Source: Octopus vulgaris (lineage: Eukaryota). Taken from it: a stretch of 64,000 nt of DNA. Positions 1-10,793 of this stretch are shown in pieces. The position numbers and the translations under genes were made by a program. The notes beneath the pieces were generated by a model, which did no database searches, had not been told where the DNA came from, and was given only the letters and a program-made list of their open reading frames with translations. Each line of letters starts with the position of its first letter. Position 1 is the first letter of the stretch. The stretch lies in NCBI GenBank assembly GCA_951406725.2, contig OX597832.1, positions 70,122,001 to 70,186,000 of the forward strand. Direction: 5' to 3'.

Positions 1-249
1 CACATATATAGACATTGATGGAGGATATATTTCTGATTGGTCTGTATGTTCAATGCTTCCTTGCTTGCTCTTTGATTGGTAGTGCGGCATCGGTTACTTG
101 TTTACTTACCAAGCTTAGAAATACGAACATGAAACGAAAAGTGTCTAAGAGGATCTTTCGCTTGAAAATCTTTATTTCAGTGACATCATCTGCTGTTATA
201 TACTTACATAGATGTATATTTTATACATACTGTGTATAAGTGTGTGGAT

Positions 250-350
<101 letters not shown>

Positions 351-443
351 TTATATATATATATATATACATACATACATACATACGTACATTCGTACAT
401 ACATACATGCATATATATACAGTATGTATACATATGTATATAT

Positions 444-562
<119 letters not shown>

Positions 563-872
563 CGTGTACTGTCAACTCAACGTGACAGTCCCGTAAAGGG
601 AAATTACACCACCGCTATTTAGCCCTAGGAAGCATCGACGCTTCCTGTCGGCCTTGACACATTTCCTGTGTCTTTATATATTTACGAAGGGGAGACAAAC
701 ACCCCAAACAGCTAGGCCTGCATCTAGAGACATGCATGTTTCTAGGTCTTGCTACTCGTTAAGTTGACAATATACAACAACTCTATTACTCCACCACCGC
801 ACATATCTCTATGAGATATTTAAAAATTTAATATTTCTGATTTTGGTGATCAGTGAATAAACTTCACTGAAA

Positions 873-1011
873 AGTAGCTTGCTAACCAACCACATGGTTC
901 CGGGTTCAGTCCCACTGCGTGCATCTTGGGCAAGTGTCTTCTGCTATAGCCCCGGGCCGACCAATGCCTTGTGAGTGGATTTGGTAGACGGAAACTGAAA
1001 GAAGCCTGTCG

Positions 1012-1099
<88 letters not shown>

Positions 1100-1314
1100 G
1101 GTTTGTGTGTTTGTGTTTGTCCCCCTAGCATTGCTTGACAACCGATGCTGGTGTGTTTACGTCCCCGTCACTTAGCGGTTTTGGGAAAAGGGACCGATAG
1201 AATAAGTACTGGGCTTACAAAGAATAAGTCTCGGGGTCGATTTGCTCGACTAAAGGCGGTGCTCCAGCATGGCCGCAGTCAAATGACTGAAACAAGTAAA
1301 AGAGAGAAAAGAGA
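873..1314 (+). mobile_element. tRNA-derived SINE with internal (TA)n(TG)n, 5'-truncated
   Basis: B-box-like GGTTCAGTCCC, body shared with the other copies in the window, AAAAGAG tail. Confidence 0.85.
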
Positions 1315-1366
1315 ATATATATTTACGAAGTCAAGACAGATATCTTTAGCTAGCAGGCCTTGCTAC

Positions 1367-1412
1367 TCTAGACTGATGATGGGCAAGACCCAGAAACATG
1401 CATGTCTCTAGA
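1367..1412 (+). ncRNA. Minimal type I hammerhead ribozyme (canonical core)
   Basis: TCTAGA-CTGATGA-TGGG caaga CCCA-GAAA-CATGCATG-TC-TCTAGA; stems I and II pair, stem III palindromic, GUC cleavage triplet. Confidence 0.9.
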
Positions 1413-1628
1413 TGCAGGCATAGCTGTTGGGGGTATTTGTCTCCCCTTCGTAAATATATAAGGACACAGGAAATGGCGTCAAGACCGACAGGAAGCGTCG
1501 ATGGTCTAAATAGCGGTGATGTAATTTCCCTTTACGGGACTGTCACGTTAAGTTGACAGTATACAACCACTCTATCGCTCCACCACCGCACATATCTCTA
1601 TGAAATATTTAGAAATGTAATATTTCTG

Positions 1629-1880
<252 letters not shown>

Positions 1881-2312
1881 CTCACATGTATGAACACTGG
1901 CATGTCTGTATGTGAGTGTGTGTGTATACATGTATGCATGTGTATGTATGTATATATGTACACATTTATACCAATATACCGTTCTTAAAATTCCTGAAGA
2001 GGCGAATCAATAGCCGATTATTTCTGTAACACTGTGTAGGAAATGACCAATTTTACTTTTACTTTACATGTTTTTAAGGTGTCATTCGGCAGTTGAATTG
2101 AAATCAGTCTTTAATATCTCAAACATATATATATATGAGATTGAATACACACGTGTATATATATATATATATACAAGCACACACAGAAACACATATAAAT
2201 ATATATTTACACAAATATATATATATTTGTGTGTGTTTGAGTGTGTGTGTATAAAGTTCGACTTGTATAAGTGTATTCATGGATGCGTGCATATATGTGT
2301 TATATATACATA

Positions 2313-2380
<68 letters not shown>

Positions 2381-2514
2381 ATACTTGATATATGATGTAA
2401 TAGATTTTAAATATTACTTGTCATCTCTTAATCATATATAATCGTATAGGTATGCAAAAATACACTTGCACATAAACGCACACATGATTTTGTGCATATA
2501 TATATATATATATA

Positions 2515-2723
2515 CAGGGTGTCCCAGAAGTCGCGCACCACCCTGGTTTTATAAAAGAATACACCCTTTTTGATTTTAAAAACACTTTATTGAAATTAAT
2601 CGTAAGAAATGCTCAAATTGAGCACGCTCTACAATAAAACATGCAGAAAAAATATAATAAAATAAAATGCTCTAATTATTTTAAATGAAAACCAGAATGG
2701 TGCGCGACTTCTGGGACACCCTG
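2515..2723. mobile_element. Tc1/mariner-type MITE
   Basis: Perfect 26-bp TIRs CAGGGTGTCCCAGAAGTCGCGCACCA / TGGTGCGCGACTTCTGGGACACCCTG, TA on both sides, non-coding interior. Confidence 0.9.
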
Positions 2724-2729
2724 TATATA

Positions 2730-3586
2730 TGAGGTATGACCAATAAGTATCCGGACTCTCACCATAATAACGAAGCTAATGCACGCTGACCTTAACCTCT
2801 GTTGTGTTGGAACACGAAGTTTTAACATTCGAGCTCACTTCCGCTGTTTCAAGTAGTGCTTGGACGGAATGTGTGTAGCGTGTGATCGTCGCATTGACCA
2901 TGAGAGAGAAATCTGTCATGGTGGTACCTGCTCAGTAACCTACGCAAAAGTTGTAGAAAGTGTAAGGTGAGGAGTGTATGAGCAGCACACAAGTGTACGA
3001 GTGGTTCAGACGTTTCCAAGATGGCCGATATTGACGAACATTCTGTGAGAACCGCAACCAGTGGAACTGAGAAAAAATTGCAGATGTGCGTGCAGCTGAG
3101 GGGAAAACGTCGAATCACCATCCGTAAGGTATTAGAGTATGTGCAGCGTAGTTACGGTTCACTTCAGTCCATTATCACTGAAGAATTTGGTATGAGACGC
3201 GTGTCTGCCAAGTTTGTGCCAAAACTGCTTTCAGCTGACCAAAAAGACACTCGGGTTTCAGTTGCATAAACTTTCCTTGATTGTGTCGAGAACGATGTAA
3301 ACTTTTTGAAAAGTTTGCCTAGACCACTGAGCAGATATCGCCAAGCTTTTGGCAAAATTTGATGTTGATTTTCGGCTCAAGATTCTCTGTTATGATTAAT
3401 GTGATGATCACATGCTACACATGTACTTCCAAGCAGTGGTGTAAACAACGGAATTGAGCTAGAACGTTAAAACATAGTGCACATGCACAGCAGAGATCAA
3501 GGTCAATTTTCACCAAGCGACTTCACTTCGTATGATTCAGCTTTGTTACCATGAAAACAGTCCAGATACTAATTGATCAGACCACG
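2730..3586 (+). mobile_element. Internally deleted mariner transposon
   Basis: Imperfect TIRs (GAGGTATGACCAATAAGTATCCGGACT ... AGTCCAGATACTAATTGATCAGACCAC); ORF 3021-3269 has RRITIR and MRRVSAKFVPKLL (WVPHEL-like); DD34D region absent. Confidence 0.75.
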
Positions 3587-3614
3587 CATATATATCTGTA
3601 TATATGAATGTATG

Positions 3615-3710
<96 letters not shown>

Positions 3711-4853
3711 TGTGTCTGTGTGTGTATATGTATGTGTGTATATATAGTGTACATTTTAGCACATAGCTTTCTCCCTGTTACTTGTTCTTAATTTGTTTCC
3801 TCTATATTGTAACATTGTGATCCATTTTCTCTTTCTGTCCCCAGTTCAAGTATTGCAGCTCTGCTTTCTTAAGGCAATACCTTCTTGTTGGATCATAATG
3901 CAAACACCGAAGCCGTCATTTTACTTAACGGTATTAACTAAGTCCTTCATATTTTACGTTTTAGCTTTTCTGTGCTCACTTGCTATTCGTTTCATAAGTT
4001 TCTCGCAACTCTATAGTAGAACTATGCCATTGAACAAAGCTTGATTCCTGTTTAAAATGACGCTTCCTTACAATTCATTCCCATCTTCCATAAGTATCTC
4101 AGTTTCTTTCTGTAGTTTATCGCCCTACGTTGTCAAGGCATTTGGAAACTTCAGAATGAAACCTCCTTTCTTTTGTGCGTAAGTACTGCGTTGTACCAGG
4201 CTGGCATTACTAATTAAGGGACAAAGTGTCTCATGGTGTCCGGTGTTTACTACATATCTGTGTCCATGAAACACCGACACTTCCGAGGTTTCAGTTTTGT
4301 AGAAAGTGTAGCATAGTCAGGAGCTCTTTTATTTGCCTGATCCCCGTCGTGACTGCGCCCTTACTTTAAGTTTTGCGTTTTACTCGATTAACTCATTTTC
4401 CGTCAGGAGAACAAAAGAGTGCAACATAGAGTTGATTCCTATTATATTCATATTGCTCAATTTGTATCTTATGTCTCAAGGAATGATATATTCACGTGAT
4501 TATGTCTCTGGTTAAGGATGCAGTGTAAACAGTTTGGACAAGGTCTTATGCTATGTACCCAATGTACTAATAACAACCATCGCGGTCATTTCACCTGACT
4601 AATTAAAACAGCAGAAGATTGACCAAGCGTAAGCGATTTTCGGAAAGAACCGAAAGGATGCCCCGGTCTGCGATACATTGTCTGATATTGTTTTTTCCTT
4701 AGATGTTTCCCAAGGAACCCAGGCACAATGGGTCCTAGCTCCCTTAATTTAATATGAGGAATATATTTCGTGAGGCTATTTGTGTATCAGAGATTATTCT
4801 GTGAGGATGTCTTTGTCTTCAATTACTATCCCAGACCCGCTCTTGCCATTCTG

Positions 4854-4893
<40 letters not shown>

Positions 4894-5145
4894 TATGCAG
4901 ATGCAGGTACATATGTATGTATATATGACGGTATATCATATACTAAGCGATAAAGTTAACAATTAAGATATACTATTATGAAATGAAATATATATTTATG
5001 AAGCAGGAACGCACAGTAGGAAGTACGGGTGCAGAGAACCCCATGTGAATTGAAACACCCCTCTCTCACAATTTAGGAGAAAACACGTTCTATTACAAGT
5101 CGAAACCAGCGCAAATCACCGCCCCAAATTAGTTTGTATAACCAC

Positions 5146-5180
<35 letters not shown>

Positions 5181-5667
5181 GCACACACACACAAACACAC
5201 ACTATACATGTATACCGCTCTGACAACGAGGAGATCTTCGATATTTTCGTAGAAAATCGACTGAATATAAAGGGATGTCATTTTACGTTTTAGCTTTTAT
5301 TTATCATTTAAAATAGTTTTCACAACTGAAAATATCTTTGCTATTCACATTGAATAACTACCAGCATACAAAATACTGCAAGTGGAAGATGATAATGCCA
5401 AAGTTTGAGGTCTTCGATGCAAAATTAATTTTCAAATAAATTAGACATTCATCAAAACCAAAGTGAGAAAAGATTTGCAACAGAATCACCCTCGAGGATA
5501 GAACCGCATAGACATCATATCAAATTAGACACATGTATGACTGCAGTCGTGTCTGTGTGCGTATGGGTAACATATACAGGTAAGTGTATAAGTAGGTGTG
5601 TTTGCACGTGTATACAGGTGAGACTGCTTGTGTGTGCACATATACATATACATATATCATATATGTA

Positions 5668-5730
<63 letters not shown>

Positions 5731-5734
<4 letters not shown>

Positions 5735-5917
5735 AAGGGAGTCAGAGAAAGGCAGAATGCCACTTATATCTGAACACTATACAAATATTCCTTTTCTTCT
5801 AATTTTTCTAACTTTAATTATTTAATCGTTACAGTTGAAAAGGTCTCAAAATGACCGAAACCGGTACTGAAATGTTCTTTATAAAATTATTTTAGCATTT
5901 TCTATTTTGACTTGTTT

Positions 5918-5922
<5 letters not shown>
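5731..5922 (+). repeat. Inverted partial pLTR of PLE-1, tail-to-tail across (TA)n
   Basis: Reverse complement of ~5981-6183 with a small deletion. Confidence 0.85.
5832..5869 (+). ncRNA. Minimal type I hammerhead, U3-A8 core variant
   Basis: CAG-TTGAAAA-GGTC tcaaaat GACC-GAAA-CCGG-TA-CTG; palindromic ACCGGT stem III. Confidence 0.75.
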
Positions 5923-5985
<63 letters not shown>

Positions 5986-6033
5986 AAACAAGTCAAAATA
6001 GAAAATGCTAAAATAATTTTATAAAGAACATTT

Positions 6034-6071
6034 CAGTACCGGTTTCGGTCATTTTGAGACCTTTTCAACTG
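6034..6071 (-). ncRNA. Minimal hammerhead (U3-A8) in the 3' pLTR of PLE-1, sense to the RT
   Basis: Reverse complement of the 5832-5869 motif. Confidence 0.75.
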
Positions 6072-6735
6072 TAACGAGTAAATAATTAAATTTAGAAAAA
6101 TTAGAAGAAAAGTTTTTTTAAAGGAATATTTGTATAGTGTTCAGATATAAGTGGCATTCTGCCTTTCTCTGACTCCCTTGTTTGCACTTGTGTGTTCGAG
6201 GTCGTTGTGAATTCTTGGTAGGGTAGAAGAAGAAGACGGCTGATGAGGAGAGGGAGTGAAAAAATTTGGAAGTGCTTTGATTGTTGTATTTTGAATGGTC
6301 AGTGACGGCTAGCAGTTGCAGTTCAATTCAGGAGAATATTTCTATTGAGAGGTTTGTTTATGGAATTTGCGTAGGTGTTTTACTAAAAAGCATTAGTGAT
6401 AAAGTTAAGAGGTAGAAGGTGGAGCAGAAGAAGAAGAAGCTGACGATGTTGATGATGATGATGATGATGATGAAGAAGAAGAAGGAGAAGGAGAAGAAGA
6501 AGATGATGATGATGATGGTGGTGATGATGATGACGACGATGATGATGATAATGATGATGATGATGAAGAAGAGGAGGAAGAAGAAGAAAACAGAGAAGGG
6601 AGAATATGAATGGGTGAAAGTAGTGAGGTGTTGTATGACTTGAAGTTGGCATGTTATGGATTATAGCTGTGATTGGGGTTGATTAGTAATGGATTCTTTG
6701 GAATGTAATATTTGTGTGTGTATATTTCTTTTATT

Positions 6736-8604
6736 CTAAAGTTGAGGTACATTAATCGTTTGTCGTAGACAAAGAAGTGGCCTGTATTTTGTAATAAAGA
6801 GAGTTTCTTTACTTATTCGTTGTCTCGAGGTTGTATCGTCCCTAAATTGGTAGAGGGGGAAAATCCTGAAGTCTGGTGTTTTGTTGTTGGCGCAAGTATC
6901 TATGTGTTGGCTGAAAGCTATTTTTCTGTTTTGGGGAATTTTTATCTGGGATCTGTGCAGGGCCATTCGTTTACGCAAACTATTTTTTGTTTGGCCTATG
7001 TACTGCTCTTGACACCCGGAGCAGGTTAGTGAGTATATTAGGTTCTCCGAAGCACATGTGAAGTTGCTTTTCACTGTAAATCGCTGTCCCTGTTTGAAGG
7101 AGAACTCTGATCCCTCAATTAGATAGTCGCATATCCCGCAATTGGGTCTTCCACATTTTTTTACTGTCGGCTTCTGTGTTGAAGAGTGAATTCGGGCTTG
7201 TGTTAGGAGACTTTTCATGGATTTAGGCTGTCTCTTGCTTTTTATGATCGTGTGTGTTTGGAGGATTGTGTTCATTCTGTGGTCTTTTTTTAGGAGGGGT
7301 ATGTTGTGGAGGATGGTGCCGAAGGCTTCGTTATTGAGAGGGTTGCGTGTGGAAATGTATGGTAAGGCTTTTGGTCGTAAGTTTTTCTTTGATTTGGGAT
7401 GTCTCAGTTCCTTGATGTTAAGTTGAAGGGCACGTTGAATGCACTTGTCAATAAGTGAAGGTGGATAGTTCCTGGTGATAAGGGTATCTTTTAGTTCTTG
7501 TAGTCGTGTGTATCTGGTGTTTGCGTTAGAGACTATAGTGCATATCCTTTTTGCTAGATTGAAGGGGATATTCATCCTGGTGTGTCTGGGGTGGCATGAA
7601 TTGAATGGAAGATATTGCTTAGAGTCTGTAGGCTTATAATATATGTCTGTTTCTATTACATTATTAGCTTTCTTAATGAGGATATCGAGGAAGGGGAGTT
7701 GTTGCTGCCTATATTCCATCGTGAATTGGATGTTTACGTCCAGTCCGTTTAAAATTTCCTGGAATTCTATGAGTTTTTCTATATTTTTATGCCAAAGAAT
7801 GAAACAGTCATCTAGATATCTCTTCCAGTTGTTTTCTATGTAGATGGAGAAAGGGCTGCCATATCTTTCTAGAACCTTACGATACAGACTGATCTCTAGA
7901 TATCCTATGACTAGGTTGGCAAAGGAGGGGGCCATTCGTGTACCCATCGCAGTCCCCGATTTTTGTCGGTAGAAGTTGTCATTGAAGGCGAAGAAGTTAT
8001 TTTCCAGGATGAATTTAACCCCTTCTATCACGAATTCTTTTTTGATGCGATGTGGTAGTTCGTTGGCGTGATTCTCTAGCCAGAATTGGATTGCCTCTAG
8101 TCCTAGGTTGTGGGGGATATTGGAGTAGAGGTTGACTACATCGAAGGATACCAGTATGGTGTTTTTGTTTATAGTATTCGGTAGGTGATTGAGCATATCC
8201 AAGTCGTCCCTTATATAGATTTTGACATGTTTGAGGAGTGGTTTTAACAGGGTGTCTAAAAAGTTACTGAGGCGGTAGGTTTCGCATGCGGGACCTGCTA
8301 TTATGGGTCTCAATTTGAGGTCATTAGGATTAGGGACTTTAATTATTTTGTCTGTAGCTATCTTGCATGCGTTGCTAATTTTCTCACTTTTGTGTATCTT
8401 AGGTATACCGTAGAATTGGCTGGTTTTACTTGTGAAATTGGTCATATAATCATATTCTTTGTCGGTGAGCCCTGCTTTGTATGGGTTTAACATGGATTTT
8501 AGTTCCCTCATTATTTTTTGTTGACTGTAGTTTTGTGCCTTTTCATAGTATGTTGTGTCTTCCAGCATAGAAAGTACTAAGGTTATGTAAAATGTCGTAT
8601 CCAT
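6736..8604 (-). CDS. PLE reverse transcriptase plus GIY-YIG endonuclease; frame continues upstream to ~9078 through two TGA stops
   Basis: LVSFDVVNLYSNIP, GTAMGTRMAPSFANL, WKRYLDDCF, LPFLDI, YYKPTD; CGRPNCGIC linker; NLIY..C..C...YIGQT..LRKR...H. Confidence 0.92.
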   Translation of the reverse strand: MDTTFYITLVLSMLEDTTYYEKAQNYSQQKIMRELKSMLNPYKAGLTDKEYDYMTNFTSKTSQFYGIPKIHKSEKISNACKIATDKIIKVPNPNDLKLRPIIAGPACETYRLSNFLDTLLKPLLKHVKIYIRDDLDMLNHLPNTINKNTILVSFDVVNLYSNIPHNLGLEAIQFWLENHANELPHRIKKEFVIEGVKFILENNFFAFNDNFYRQKSGTAMGTRMAPSFANLVIGYLEISLYRKVLERYGSPFSIYIENNWKRYLDDCFILWHKNIEKLIEFQEILNGLDVNIQFTMEYRQQQLPFLDILIKKANNVIETDIYYKPTDSKQYLPFNSCHPRHTRMNIPFNLAKRICTIVSNANTRYTRLQELKDTLITRNYPPSLIDKCIQRALQLNIKELRHPKSKKNLRPKALPYISTRNPLNNEAFGTILHNIPLLKKDHRMNTILQTHTIIKSKRQPKSMKSLLTQARIHSSTQKPTVKKCGRPNCGICDYLIEGSEFSFKQGQRFTVKSNFTCASENLIYSLTCSGCQEQYIGQTKNSLRKRMALHRSQIKIPQNRKIAFSQHIDTCANNKTPDFRIFPLYQFRDDTTSRQRISKETLFITKYRPLLCLRQTINVPQL

Positions 8605-9227
8605 TAAGACAACAGCACTCCCTTTATCGGCCTCTTTGATTGTTATTGTTTTATCTTGTTTTCATTTGTTCAACTCAGCCCATTCTTTTTTGCTGAAGTT
8701 TGGTTTGTGTTTTTGTTTGTGCATATGTTGATATGGGTAATTTGATATGTGGTCACAGAAATCATCAAGTGTTTTGTTCTTACCTTTAGATGGGGTGTAG
8801 TTACTCCTATTTCTGACTAACGATTCGTCCTCGTTGTATTTATCGTATAGCTCCTCAGTAAGTCTTAATTTTCTTCAGAATTCTGCGATGTCTTCTTTCA
8901 TTTCATTGTAGTTGGGGTGGTGTGGGGTGGGTGTAAACTTGAGTCCTTTGGAAAGTATGTTTATTTGGTTTGCTGTTAGTTCCTTGTGAGTTAGATTGAT
9001 AATTTTTATTACTTTTGGTTCCTCCTGCTTGTTTGGTGCTATCTTGTGTCTCTGTGTTTGCGTATTGGGTCTAAAAAATGAATGCGGTGGTTGGGACGAT
9101 AGCTATTATATAGTTGTTCTTTGTTGATGTGGGGTCTCCTGTTGTGATTTATGGTCTGTGTTCTTGGAGCAGTATTGAGGAGAGCGTCCCGATATCCCAT
9201 ATTCGGGTGTGGTGTTCTAGGAGGCCT

Positions 9228-9683
9228 TCATTGGTAATCATTGCAAGTGGTGCGGATTTGTTGTGCATGGTTGTTTAACCGGTTGATGGGACGAAGATTT
9301 CGTTGGTAACTCTTTTGGGTGGGGATAAGGTTGCAGTGTCTATGCTGTGGGTGTTGATTTATCCTTTCTCTGCTTGAAGTGGGGGTATTCCTGATATTGT
9401 ATCGCTGGCTGCTTATAGAGTTAGGGTTAGGTCCTGTATTCTTTTTTTGATAGTAGTGAAGGTTCCGATTTTTAGACAGGTGTGTATCGGTGTTTGGGTG
9501 TTGTTTTGGTTTTCTTATTTTCTGGAAAGGGTTGTTGGAGGCGTGCTCTGTTTGAAAGACGGCTTCATAGTCTGAGAACCAAGTGGCGCTTTTCTCCCAG
9601 CGTTGGAGAGATTTTAGTTCTTCTTTTTCACAGTCCTCTTTCCATAGTTTGGAGAACTTCTCTTGATCTGGGCCTTGGGTCAT
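9228..9683 (-). pseudogene. PLE-1 ORF1 fragment (charged helical region plus low-complexity tail)
   Basis: WKEDCEKEELKSLQRWEK and NNPF motifs match the ORF1 pieces of PLE-3 and PLE-4. Confidence 0.7.
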
Positions 9684-10073
9684 TTTGTGAATTTCTTCGT
9701 TGATATCTTCATCGATGGATTTTATTTTCTTCTACCTCTTAACTTTATCACTAATGCTTTTTAGTAAAACACCTACGCAAATTCCATAAACAAACCTCTC
9801 AATAGAAATATTCTCCTGAATTGAACTGCAACTGCTAGCCGTCACTGACCATTCAAAATACAACAATCAAAGCACTTCCAAAATTTTTCACCCCTCTCCT
9901 CATCAGCCCTCTTCTTCTTCTACCCTACCAAGAATTCACAACGACCTCGAACACACAAGTGCAAACAAGGGAGTCAGAGAAAGGCAGAATGCCACTTATA
10001 TCTGAACACTATAAAATATTCCTTTAAAAAAACTTTTCTTCTAATTTTTCTAAATTTAATTATTTACGCGTTA

Positions 10074-10111
10074 CAGTTGAAAAGGTCTCAAAATGACCGA
10101 AACCGGTACTG
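10074..10111 (+). ncRNA. Minimal hammerhead (U3-A8) in the inverted 5' pLTR of PLE-1
   Basis: Same motif as 5832-5869. Confidence 0.75.
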
Positions 10112-10197
10112 AAATGTTCTTTATAAAATTATTTTAGCATTTTCTATTTTGACTTGTTTTTTCATATATATCAACTCGTGTGTTCCTTTTCACCCTT

Positions 10198-10262
<65 letters not shown>

Positions 10263-10263
<1 letters not shown>

Positions 10264-10541
10264 CATTAATAAATCTCTGAACGAGATATAAACAGTAACC
10301 GCTCGACAACGTAAAGTGTACTAGCCATCTGAATGTGGCCAGCTACTGGGGGTGGGGTGTTACTGACGCTTTTAGCCCCAGGAGATCAACGTCACCAGCT
10401 GGCCTTAGACTCAATTTCAGTGCCCTTGTGTTATTTGCAAAGGGAGGTCATCCTCCCTCGAAAACCTAAGTGATACATACGGACTATAGTTTCGAGGTAA
10501 TTGCCTCTCGTCAACGCATGGTAAACACCGGTTTTCGATGA
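10263..10541 (-). mobile_element. Retrozyme-like unit family B, left part (split by the LINE)
   Basis: Directly repeated from 15938; contains the hammerhead; continues at 15861 after the LINE; monomer ~356 nt. Confidence 0.8.
10476..10520 (-). ncRNA. Minimal type I hammerhead (U3.G8 core)
   Basis: CATGCG-TTGACGA-GAGG caatta CCTC-GAAA-CTATAG-TC-CGTATG on the minus strand. Confidence 0.8.
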
Positions 10542-10793
10542 TAATTCTTTATTATGATTATATAATCAGTACTTAGAAGAACAATACAGAACATACATAC
10601 AAAAAACAGTTAAGTGGTTCGTTTAAAAATTTCCAAAATATATGGATTATTCATTATACAAAAAACTGTATATAAATTGTCATTTGCATTGACTAATATA
10701 ACATTACATTAGATTGATATCTTACCGATATATTTTAAACCCCAGCAACCTATAAAAGCCCCGCAGCTTTCCTTTCCTCTTCAACATCCTTAG

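Larger units (their letters stand above)
5981..10200 (-). mobile_element. Penelope-like element PLE-1 (Neptune-like) with 3' pLTR and inverted 5' pLTR
   Basis: RT plus GIY-YIG ORF; 9729-10165 is the reverse complement of 5981-6418; both ends abut (TA)n. Confidence 0.92.

Noticed and set aside
1993-2025. CTGAAGA-GGC...GCC-GATTA hammerhead-like start
   Set aside because: GAAA, stem III and stem I could not be recovered
6383-6652. Poly-His/Leu and poly-Met/Lys ORFs
   Set aside because: (GAT)n/(GAA)n repeat inside the PLE 3' UTR
8662-8877. Two in-frame TGA codons in PLE-1, one (8875-8877) aligned with Cys in EFCRKLR, suggesting selenocysteine as reported for Naiad PLEs
   Set aside because: The other TGA aligns with Leu, sister copies have Cys codons, and no SECIS was recognised; single nonsense mutations are simpler
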